Source of the DNA: Bacillota bacterium
GTDB taxonomy: Bacteria > Bacillota > UBA994
Assembly: GCA_018725535.1 (NCBI GenBank)
Contig: QLUS01000002.1
Location: 1-41,326 of the forward strand
Reading direction: 5' to 3'
Length of the DNA: 41,326 bases
Made by a program: the position numbers and the translations under genes. Position 1 is the stretch's first letter. Every line of letters starts with the position of its first letter. Positions 17,994 through 25,546 of the stretch are shown in pieces. Under the pieces are notes generated by a model. It worked only from the letters and a program-made list of their open reading frames with translations. It was not told where the DNA came from and searched no databases.

Positions 17994-18427
17994 ATGAGCG
18001 AAAACAAGATCTGCACCATGGAGACCGAAAAAGGGGCCTTCACCATCGAGTTCTATGCACAAGCGGCACCAGGCACCGTGGAGAACTTCACTCAACTCGC
18101 AAACGACGGCTTCTACGACGGCCTACCGTTGCATCGGTGCATCAAGAACTTTGTGATCCAAGGCGGCTGCCCGGAAGGCACAGGGCGAGGCGGCCCCGGA
18201 TACAAGATTAAGTGTGAGACCGCAGGGAACCCTCATAAGCATGTGCGCGGAGCTTTAAGCATGGCCCACGCCGGTAAAGACACGGGCAGCAGTCATTCTT
18301 CGTAGTACGCCAGCCGCAGCCGCACCTAGATGGCGTGCATGCGGTCTTTGGGAAAGTAATCGACAACGTGGACCTCGTTGACCAAATCGAGCCGGGCGAT
18401 AAGATGCTTAAGGTCAGAGTGCAGTAA
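17994..18427 (+). pseudogene. ppiB: Cyclophilin-type peptidyl-prolyl isomerase (PpiB-like) interrupted by a 1-nt frameshift
   Basis: Frame 1 gives ...[44 protein letters not shown], then stops at 18303-18305. The next frame continues (Q)[44 protein letters not shown] to TAA 18425-18427. Joined, they are collinear with B. subtilis PpiB ([15 protein letters not shown]...HLNGVHTVFGKV). The missing base is in the CAx codon at ~18294-18296. Confidence 0.8.
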
Positions 18428-18484
18428 TAATTTGGCCTCTGGCTAATGCCGGGGGCCATGTTTTTATCAGGAGGGAGAAGCGAA

Positions 18485-19948
18485 ATGGCGTTAAAGACCG
18501 CCGCCGAGTACATCGACTCGCTACGCCAGATGAAATTTACGGCCTACGTGCTTGGCGAACGAGTGGGGAACACCGTTGACCATCCCCTAGTTAGGCCCTC
18601 GCTTAATGCTGTGGCGCTAACGTACGAACTAGCGCATGACCCGAGCTACTCCGCTTTGCTTAGGACTACCTCTAGTCTAACCGGCGAGACAATCAGCCGC
18701 TTCTGCCATCTGCACCAAAGCCCGGCAGACCTCGTGGCGAAAGTCAAAATGCTCCGATTGCTAGGCCAGAAAACCGCCACCTGTTTTCAGCGTTGCGTCG
18801 GCATGGATGCCATTAACGCCGTCGACAGCATGACCTTTGAAATCGACCGCACACATGACACGGTGTACCATCAGCGTTTCCGCGCTTGGCTAAGACAAAT
18901 GCAGGAACAGGACTGGACGATAGACGGGGCAATGACCGACCCCAAAGGCGACCGCAGTAAATCTCCTTCACAACAGGCAGACCCAGACATGTACCTGAGG
19001 ATAGTGAAAGAGCAAGCGGACGGGATAATGGTGCGGGGGGCCAAGGTGCACCAGACCGGGGCCCTTAACTCACATGAAATACTAGCTATGCCGACTATCG
19101 CACTGTCCGCGCATGACCGCGCGTATGCTGTCGCTTTTGCTGTCCCAGCCGATAACCCGGGGCTTATCTACATCTACGGACGACAGGCGTCTGACACGCG
19201 GAAACTTGAGCAGGGAAACCTTGACGTCGGCAACGCCCGCTTTGGTGGGCATGAGTGCTTGGTAGTGTTTGACGACGTGTTTGTACCGTGGGAAAGGGTC
19301 TTTATGTGCGGCGAGCACGACTTCGCGGGCGTGCTGGTTGAACGCTTTGCCGCGTATCACCGGCAGAGTTACGGCGGCTGCAAAGTTGGTGTGGGCGACG
19401 TCCTCATTGGAGCGGCCTCACTCGCGGCCGAGTACAACGGCGCGAGTCGCGCGAGCCACGTAAAAGATAAACTCATCGAAATGACGCATCTCAACGAAAC
19501 TCTCTACGCCTGTGGGCTAGCCTGCTCGACCGAAGGGCACCCAACGGCCACCGGCACATACTTAGTAGATCTCCTGCTAGCGAACGTCTGTAAACAAAAC
19601 GTCACGCGCTTCCCCTACGAGATCTCGCGCTTGGCGGAGGACATAGCAGGCGGCCTAATGGTAACGATGCCCGCTGAGCGCGACTTAAGTAATCCCGCCA
19701 CCAAGCCTTGGCTAGATAAATACCTGCAGGGCGTCTCTACCGTGCCGACGGAGCACCGTCTACGTATCCTGCGCTTAATTGAAAACCTGACGATAGGCGC
19801 GGGAGCGGTAGGTTACCGCACCGAGTCCATGCACGGCGCGGGCTCGCCGCAAGCGCAGCGTATAGTTATCGGGCGTCAGGCCGACTTCGCCGCCAAGCAA
19901 GAGCTGGCCAAAGCTATAGCTGGAATCAAGGAGGGCTGCGAAGCATGA
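18485..19948 (+). CDS. abfD: 4-hydroxybutyryl-CoA dehydratase / vinylacetyl-CoA delta-isomerase (AbfD family)
   Basis: Near-collinear with the remembered C. aminobutyricum AbfD sequence: KMLRLLGQKTATCFQRCVGMDAINAV, DGAMTDPKGDRS, YHRQSYGGCKVGVGDV, YRTESMHGAGSPQAQRI, ELAKAIAGIK. ATG at 18485 follows AGGAGGGA. Confidence 0.88.
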   Translation: MALKTAAEYIDSLRQMKFTAYVLGERVGNTVDHPLVRPSLNAVALTYELAHDPSYSALLRTTSSLTGETISRFCHLHQSPADLVAKVKMLRLLGQKTATCFQRCVGMDAINAVDSMTFEIDRTHDTVYHQRFRAWLRQMQEQDWTIDGAMTDPKGDRSKSPSQQADPDMYLRIVKEQADGIMVRGAKVHQTGALNSHEILAMPTIALSAHDRAYAVAFAVPADNPGLIYIYGRQASDTRKLEQGNLDVGNARFGGHECLVVFDDVFVPWERVFMCGEHDFAGVLVERFAAYHRQSYGGCKVGVGDVLIGAASLAAEYNGASRASHVKDKLIEMTHLNETLYACGLACSTEGHPTATGTYLVDLLLANVCKQNVTRFPYEISRLAEDIAGGLMVTMPAERDLSNPATKPWLDKYLQGVSTVPTEHRLRILRLIENLTIGAGAVGYRTESMHGAGSPQAQRIVIGRQADFAAKQELAKAIAGIKEGCEA

Positions 19949-21063
19949 AGTTTTTTGCTTTGCCGCCACAAGTGCATAGCTTTGACACGGCAAGAGAATT
20001 TTGGCGGGAATTCAACATAGACGCAGGCGACCTAGTGTTTACCCACCAGTTTATCTATGAGGCGTACCTCAAAGACCTTACGCCCGCATGCGAGTTCTTG
20101 TTCTACGAGCAGTTTGGCACGGGTGAGCCCACCCACCACCTAATTGACGCTGTCAGGCTCGCCATCAGCCCGCACAACTACCGGCGCATTATCGCTGTGG
20201 GCGGTGGGACGGTTGCCGACACGGCCAAGTTTTTAGCGCTTGCGGGGTCGGACCGCACCCAAGACCTGCTGGAAAAGCGCGCGCCCCTAGTAAAGGAGAA
20301 GGCTCTCATCATCGTGCCGACAACCTGTGGTACGGGGAGCGAAGTGACCAATCTTGCGGTGGTAGCCGTAGACGAAAAAGAGACCAAATTTGGTCTCGGT
20401 GGCGATGCCTTTTACGCTGACTCGGCCGTCCTGATTCCGGAACTCCTCGTCAGTCTGCCTTACGACTACTTCTTCTACAGCTCGGTGGATGCGCTGATTC
20501 ACGCCGCAGAGTCGTTGGTGTCGCCGCGGTCTAACAGCTATACTGAGCTCTTTAGCTTAAGCGCGATCCAGATGATTCTGGCTAGCTACCGACATGTTGC
20601 CGAGCATGGGCGTGAGTCCCGCTTTAGTCAACTCAGACAGCTACTCGTTGCCAGCAACTTCGCCGGCATAGCCTTTGGCAATACCGGAGTTGCGGCGGTA
20701 CATGCGCTCTCCTACCCCCTTGGGGGTAAGTACCATGTGCCCCACGGCGAATCTAACTACCAGTTCTTTTTGCCAGTGTTTCGTACCTACGATCGTCTTC
20801 GGCCAGATGGGCAGATTGGTTTGTTGCGACAAGCGATAGCCACCTCGCTCGCACTTCTGGACGACCGAGAAGCGGGGTCGGCCCTCGAGCTTCTGCTCGG
20901 CCGCTTACTGCCGCAGAAGTCCTTACGGGAATACGGTATGACCCCCGAAGAAATAGACCTCTTTACGGACAGCGTGCTGGAGCAGCAGCAGCGCCTGCTT
21001 GCCAACAACTACGTAGAGCTAGACCGCGCCTGTATCCGCGCCATTTATGAGGAACGCTATTAG
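19945..21063 (+). CDS. 4hbD: Iron-containing alcohol dehydrogenase family, 4-hydroxybutyrate dehydrogenase-like
   Basis: Collinear with the clostridial 4hbD/AbfH as remembered: IIAVGGGTV.D.AK, IIVPTTCGTGSEVTN, SSVDALIHA.E, AVHALSYPLGGKYHVPHGE.NY, LREYGM. The start overlaps the abfD stop (ATGA). Confidence 0.82.
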   Translation: MKFFALPPQVHSFDTAREFWREFNIDAGDLVFTHQFIYEAYLKDLTPACEFLFYEQFGTGEPTHHLIDAVRLAISPHNYRRIIAVGGGTVADTAKFLALAGSDRTQDLLEKRAPLVKEKALIIVPTTCGTGSEVTNLAVVAVDEKETKFGLGGDAFYADSAVLIPELLVSLPYDYFFYSSVDALIHAAESLVSPRSNSYTELFSLSAIQMILASYRHVAEHGRESRFSQLRQLLVASNFAGIAFGNTGVAAVHALSYPLGGKYHVPHGESNYQFFLPVFRTYDRLRPDGQIGLLRQAIATSLALLDDREAGSALELLLGRLLPQKSLREYGMTPEEIDLFTDSVLEQQQRLLANNYVELDRACIRAIYEERY

Positions 21064-22241
21064 CTGGTGAGGGCATCCTGCCAACGCGCTCGTTCTACAG
21101 CCACGGCTACTACAGATAAGAGTACTCCTATCCCCACAAAGACCGAAGGCACGCCTAAACCTAAGGCCATGTATCCACCTAGAGTAGGGCCAACAGCAGC
21201 GCCAAATTGGCCGAAGCTGTTATTTAGCGCCAACGCGCGGCTGCGAAAGTTTGTCGGTACAGACTTGGCAATCAGCATCGTGCTAACAGGCATAAGTGCC
21301 GCTATAAACAATCCGAGAACAAAGCGCATTCCGCCAAGCATATTCAAGCTGGTAGACAACGCCGTCAGCACACTCACCGCTGCGGCCCCAACTAAAGCTA
21401 CACGCAACACCTTTCGCTCGCCCCACGCGGCGCTTAGGCGTCCCCAGCGTGGGGCAGCCAGAACTGTAGCAATCCCCGCGAGTGCGAAGATAATGCCGGT
21501 CGGCACTGCCGCGTCGTGCTCGCCCGCCAACCGTAGGATAAAGATGGGGAGTACCGGCTGGATCGCCATTAGGGCAACATTAAACATAAGCACAAGGACA
21601 AACATTTGCACTAGGAAAGACTTGCTTAGCGACTGGCGGATATCATCGAGAACATCACGCTTTATCGAACGGTCGCCTTTATGTACCTCGTTAGTGCAGA
21701 GCACGGTGAACACGGTCGCCGCAAAAAGGCTACCTCCAGCTATAAGTAAAGTTTGCTGGATGCCGAGGAAATGGCTCATGTAGCCGCCAATCAGCGGTCC
21801 TACTACCGAGCCAAAGGCGCCGCCACTTTGGATGACACCGAGCGCGGGTCCCATGTGTTCTTCCGGCGCGTTGACGGCGACCATGGCTATGGCCGTAGGG
21901 ATAAACCCGTTGAACAAGCCAAGCAGCAAGCGAAGGAAAATAACTTGCCAGGCGTTGGTGGCAAAAGACAGCAGAATGTAGGTCACGCCAATCCCTATGC
22001 CCGCCCGCACTAATTGCAGCCTGCGCCCATACTTGTCCGCCAAAGACCCCCACAACGGCGCCATCAAGGCACTGGTGTAAAAAGTCGAGGCAAAGGCCCA
22101 GCCCGACCAGACTTCTAAGTTCTCGACCACGCCCACATCTTTAAGCAGCATGGGCAAAAACGGGCTGACTAAGGAAAAGGATATACCCGCAAAGACGGTC
22201 CCCACCCACAGCACTAACAAGTTGCGCCGCCATAGCTCCAT
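21060..22241 (-). CDS. MFS transporter (12-TM, drug/metabolite:H+ antiporter-like)
   Basis: 393 aa, hydrophobic throughout, with MFS motif A-like GSLADKYGRRLQL. The stop overlaps the convergent 4hbD stop. Confidence 0.8.
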   Translation of the reverse strand: MELWRRNLLVLWVGTVFAGISFSLVSPFLPMLLKDVGVVENLEVWSGWAFASTFYTSALMAPLWGSLADKYGRRLQLVRAGIGIGVTYILLSFATNAWQVIFLRLLLGLFNGFIPTAIAMVAVNAPEEHMGPALGVIQSGGAFGSVVGPLIGGYMSHFLGIQQTLLIAGGSLFAATVFTVLCTNEVHKGDRSIKRDVLDDIRQSLSKSFLVQMFVLVLMFNVALMAIQPVLPIFILRLAGEHDAAVPTGIIFALAGIATVLAAPRWGRLSAAWGERKVLRVALVGAAAVSVLTALSTSLNMLGGMRFVLGLFIAALMPVSTMLIAKSVPTNFRSRALALNNSFGQFGAAVGPTLGGYMALGLGVPSVFVGIGVLLSVVAVAVERARWQDALTS

Positions 22242-22343
22242 GCGTATCCCCCTGAATGCGTGCTTTTTTGTGATTGTACTATTTCTAGAGGCGAATTACT
22301 AGACAGCGGCACTAAGATAGGCGCGCCCTATAGGTGTCCTGCT

Positions 22344-22383
22344 ATGCCAGAAATGCTATAATGACCAGGGTGAGTTCTGGCAT
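22344..22383 (+). promoter_or_regulatory. Extended -10 promoter (TGCTATAAT) bracketed by a perfect 9-bp inverted repeat
   Basis: ATGCCAGAA (22344-22352) and TTCTGGCAT (22375-22383) flank TGcTATAAT (22354-22362). A second 7-bp dyad, GCATACT-N6-AGTATGC, lies at 22401-22420, downstream in the presumed 5' UTR. Confidence 0.45.
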
Positions 22384-22439
22384 GAATCTTGCCCCTTGAC
22401 GCATACTAAACACAGTATGCAACAAAGGGGGTGAATGTA

Positions 22440-22610
22440 ATGAACGTGGATGGGACCAGTCGTCATCTCGCGGGGGTAAAGTGTGTGGTGAACACATGTC
22501 GTTATCACGTGAACACCAATCACTGTAGCGCCAAGGAGATTGAGGTGCAGTCGCCTAATGCTCGCAGCAGCAAGGACACCGACTGCAGAACATTCTCGCC
22601 GCGGACTTAG
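22440..22610 (+). CDS. Small Cys-rich DUF1540-like protein (56 aa; below the ORF-track length cut-off)
   Basis: Hand translation: MNVDGTSRHLAGVKCVVNTCRYHVNTNHCSAKEIEVQSPNARSSKDTDCRTFSPRT. AAGGGGG lies 8 nt upstream of the ATG. The C-x4-C-x-Y...HC...I.V...T.C.TF pattern matches DUF1540 as recalled. Confidence 0.65.
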   Translation: MNVDGTSRHLAGVKCVVNTCRYHVNTNHCSAKEIEVQSPNARSSKDTDCRTFSPRT

Positions 22611-22616
22611 GCAGCC

Positions 22617-22656
22617 GGGGCGACAGGCTCATCTGTGAGGATGGGCCTGTCGTCCC
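22617..22656 (+). terminator. Strong hairpin after the DUF1540 gene (possible terminator, no T-tract)
   Basis: CGACAGGC (22621-22628) pairs with GCCTGTCG (22645-22652) and is extendable with GGG(G)/(T)CCC. It is followed by ATATG rather than a U-run. Confidence 0.35.
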
Positions 22657-22832
22657 ATATGTTAGGATTATGGGAGTGCAGAATTTGCAGAAAAAGATCT
22701 TTGTTACGCCGTCGCCCTCCCAACATCCTTAATCCTGAGGTATGCCCTAACTCCAACACTTAGCGTCCTCCTGCAGGGAAAGAGAAGCGCAAGTGGAATA
22801 GTAAGTAAAGGCGTTTACGCGGGAGGTGTGAG

Positions 22833-23795
22833 GTGACATTTACCGAAGCCGTCAAGAGCGAGCTCGTAAGAGTGATTGACGAGGCGGCCTGCTGTCGCCG
22901 CGCCGAGCTAGTAGCGATTATCAGACAACATGCCACCTTGCAGTTATCTCGCGGCGGTAGCTTAGGCCTGAACATAGCTACCCAAAGCCCCGGAGTAGCT
23001 AGACTTATCTTGCGCCTAGTCAAGGAGCATCAGCCGGAGGCGAGAGTGTTTATTAGGCGTAGGTCGGCGTTTCGCAAGAACCGCATGTACCTTATTTTTT
23101 GCCCGCATGCCGCGGAAGTGCTCATGGCGGTAGGGCTGTGGGACGCCAATAACCAGCGCATTCATTTGACGCAACTTGAACCGATAGTAGAGTCCGGGCA
23201 GGCTATGGACTGTTGCCTGAGGGCGTATCTGCGCGGCGCGTTTATCATATCCGGCACGATTACCGATCCGAATCGCGTATCGTATCACCTCGAAATGGTG
23301 ACGGAGTCCGAAGCACAAGCGGAGTACCTTTGCGCGGTAATGGAGAGGTGCCAGCTTGTACCGCGCACAATCAGGCGCAAGGAGCTGCTTGTGGTGTACC
23401 TCAAGGAAGGAGAGCAAATCGTAGATTTCCTGAACCTTGCGGGAGCGCACTCCTCGCTGCTCAGGGTAGAAGAAGCACGGGTGCGTAAATCCATGCGCAA
23501 TCAGGTGAACAGGCTAGTCAACGCCGAAACTGCCAACCTCAATAAGACCATGCAGGCATCTTGGCGTCAAGCGGACGTTATCCGGTATATCGATAAGACT
23601 ATTGGCATCACTAGTCTGCCTGAGCCGCTGCAGGAGGCTGCGGCCCTGCGCACGCGGTACCCCGAGGCTAGCTTAGAGGAACTAAGTCTTTACTTTACCC
23701 CGCCGCTTAGTAAAAGCGCGGTTAATCATCGGTTGCGCAAACTAGAAGCGGTCGCGAAAAATCATGGGTTTAGGGGAGGGGATGAGGGCAAGTGA
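22833..23795 (+). CDS. whiA: DNA-binding protein WhiA
   Basis: MTFTEAVKSELVRVIDEAACCRRAELVAIIR parallels the B. subtilis WhiA N-terminus (MSFASETKKEL...CCEKAELSALLR). 320 aa with a C-terminal HTH region (SKSAVNHRLRKL). GTG start 6 nt after GGGAGG. Confidence 0.88.
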   Translation: MTFTEAVKSELVRVIDEAACCRRAELVAIIRQHATLQLSRGGSLGLNIATQSPGVARLILRLVKEHQPEARVFIRRRSAFRKNRMYLIFCPHAAEVLMAVGLWDANNQRIHLTQLEPIVESGQAMDCCLRAYLRGAFIISGTITDPNRVSYHLEMVTESEAQAEYLCAVMERCQLVPRTIRRKELLVVYLKEGEQIVDFLNLAGAHSSLLRVEEARVRKSMRNQVNRLVNAETANLNKTMQASWRQADVIRYIDKTIGITSLPEPLQEAAALRTRYPEASLEELSLYFTPPLSKSAVNHRLRKLEAVAKNHGFRGGDEGK

Positions 23796-24070
23796 AAGAG
23801 GCGCAGCGTTTCGCGGTGATATCTAACGAAGTTCTACACTTTCGTCCCTTCGCCCGCTTGCGGGAGCTCTGCAGCAAACTCAATATGGACGTAAGGCTAT
23901 CTCATGGCGACGATACGCTCTCTGCAGCTAGCATTTTAGCCCTGACGGGGTGGGAGTTGACAGCGGGGGATCAAGTGCTTGTTACTGTGCGCGGCAGCGG
24001 CGACGTGGATGCTGCACTAGATTCGGTCGTGCAATTTATTGAAGAAGGGTTTGGCGAACGGCAGTGTTAA
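23792..24070 (+). CDS. ptsH: HPr-family phosphocarrier protein (occupies the Crh position but retains the active-site His)
   Basis: 92 aa. VLHFRPFARL corresponds to the HPr G(I/L)HARPA His15 loop, and SAASILALTG to the Ser46 region. The GTG start overlaps the whiA stop. Confidence 0.7.
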   Translation: MKEAQRFAVISNEVLHFRPFARLRELCSKLNMDVRLSHGDDTLSAASILALTGWELTAGDQVLVTVRGSGDVDAALDSVVQFIEEGFGERQC

Positions 24071-25500
24071 TTGCAGGAGGAATTGGTGTCGCGGGAGGCA
24101 CCGCGTGTGGAGTCGCGTATCGGCCGTCACCACGGCGTCAGGCAGCCGTAAGCGTCGAGCATGTGTACAGCGCGGCCAAGCGGCGCTACGAGCGGTGGGC
24201 AGGGGACACTAGCCTGTCTGCCACCGCCCGCGAACTGGCGCTCGTTTACCTAGCGCTGCTTGAGGACCCGGAACTGCGGGAGGCCATAGAGGGGGACGTA
24301 ACTAAGGGGCGGACGGTAGGCGAGGCAATTACTGAGGCCTGGGAGCAACAAGCTAGGCTCCTTGACGGCGCTCGCCACCCTTATCTGCGGCAGCGTTCCC
24401 AGGACTTGCGCGCTCTCGCGCAGGAGCTCTTAGTAATGAACGACGAGGAAGGTCAGGGCGGCATATTGCTTGCCGATTCACTTACCCCGCTAGGATTGTA
24501 TGAGGCGTATGGAGCCGGAGCGCGCGGCATTGTCCTGCGCGAATCCTTAGCTTTCACCTCGCACCTCGCGATATTGGCCCGCACCGTAGGTTTGCCGCTT
24601 GTGGCCGGCGTGGCCTTCGATATAACGTATTGGCAGGGGCAACTTATAAGCATAGATGGGGCTTCCGGTCAGATCTGGGCAGGGGAGCGAAGCTTCACTC
24701 TGCAGCAAGTGGACTACACACCCTACCCGCTGTGGCTTAATGCCGCCTCCGCCCGGGATATTACCGCAGCACAGGGGTACAAAGGGGTGGGGCTTTTCCG
24801 GACGGAGTTTCTCTACCTGCAGTTCGGTGGGATTCCTGCCGTTGAGTACGAAGAAGAGCACTATGTCGCCGCAGTCAAAGCGGCTGCGGGTAGGCCTGTC
24901 ATCTTCCGCCTGCTGGACTTGGGCTCGGACAAACCTATAGCTGGGTTGACGGTAGACAAGGAGCCGAACCCCATGCTAGGGGAGCGAGGCGTGCGGGTCC
25001 TCTTGAGGCGCCGCGATATCCTAAAACGGCAAATCAAGGCACTGCTGGCAGCTTCTGCACACGGGCCGCTCAGCATTATGGTCCCGATGGTGACCAGTGC
25101 CCGCGAAATGGCGGAGGTGAGAGCCGTGCTTAGCGAGCTTGGTGCTTCACACCTTAAGCTCGGCGCGATGCTGGAGACACCCGCCGCGCTGCTGATGGCG
25201 GAGGAACTAGCGGGGGTGTCCGACTTCTTTAGCCTTGGCACTAACGACTTAGCGGCATACGTGTACGCCTGCGACCGCGCTGGTGAAATGCATTTGCCGG
25301 ACAAGGCCGAGGCCATGTTTCGCCTGATTGCCTTCTCTTTGCATGCCGCCAAGCAGCATGGGCGTGAAGTCGGTGTCTGCGGCGAGTTAGCGGCTGACCC
25401 CGCCTACTCAGCTCGTTTTCTTGAACTGGGGTGTGACTATTTAAGCACGGTGGCCTCGGCGTTTCCTATCGTCGGGAAAGCTCTGCGCGGGAGAAATTGA
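24064..25500 (+). CDS. ptsI: PEP-utilising Enzyme I (PtsI)-like protein, compact (478 aa)
   Basis: N-terminal GIGVAGGTACGVAY (compare GI.ASPGIA.G.A). Phospho-His motif AFTSHLAILARTVGLPLVAG. PEP-binding barrel motifs GLFRTEFLY, RLLDLGSDKP, NPMLGERGVR, MVPMV, GAMLETPAA, FFSLGTNDL, VCGELA. About 100 aa shorter than E. coli EI. Confidence 0.75.
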   Translation: MLIAGGIGVAGGTACGVAYRPSPRRQAAVSVEHVYSAAKRRYERWAGDTSLSATARELALVYLALLEDPELREAIEGDVTKGRTVGEAITEAWEQQARLLDGARHPYLRQRSQDLRALAQELLVMNDEEGQGGILLADSLTPLGLYEAYGAGARGIVLRESLAFTSHLAILARTVGLPLVAGVAFDITYWQGQLISIDGASGQIWAGERSFTLQQVDYTPYPLWLNAASARDITAAQGYKGVGLFRTEFLYLQFGGIPAVEYEEEHYVAAVKAAAGRPVIFRLLDLGSDKPIAGLTVDKEPNPMLGERGVRVLLRRRDILKRQIKALLAASAHGPLSIMVPMVTSAREMAEVRAVLSELGASHLKLGAMLETPAALLMAEELAGVSDFFSLGTNDLAAYVYACDRAGEMHLPDKAEAMFRLIAFSLHAAKQHGREVGVCGELAADPAYSARFLELGCDYLSTVASAFPIVGKALRGRN

Positions 25501-25546
25501 GCGCTGGAATATGTGGTGCAAGCATCCAATACAAGGAGGGTATTTC

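Noticed and set aside
21067-21783. 238-aa plus-strand ORF antisense to the MFS transporter
   Set aside because: Arg/Ala/Thr/Ser/Pro-rich antisense translation with no recognisable motifs. The minus-strand MFS reading is coherent over its full length.
22302-22309. Third occurrence of GACAGCGG (the motif shared by the two heptamer/SD junctions)
   Set aside because: It is not followed by an SD or repeats. A single 8-mer match is expected by chance in ~83 kb of two-strand sequence.
22396-22420. Sporulation-sigma (sigE/sigK-like CATA...) promoter upstream of the DUF1540 gene
   Set aside because: CATACTAA only loosely resembles the consensus -10 elements, and the -35 spacing does not fit. This cannot be supported without transcription start data.
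22760-23023. 87-aa minus-strand ORF overlapping the whiA start
   Set aside because: It is antisense to the well-supported whiA N-terminus, and has no SD and no motifs.
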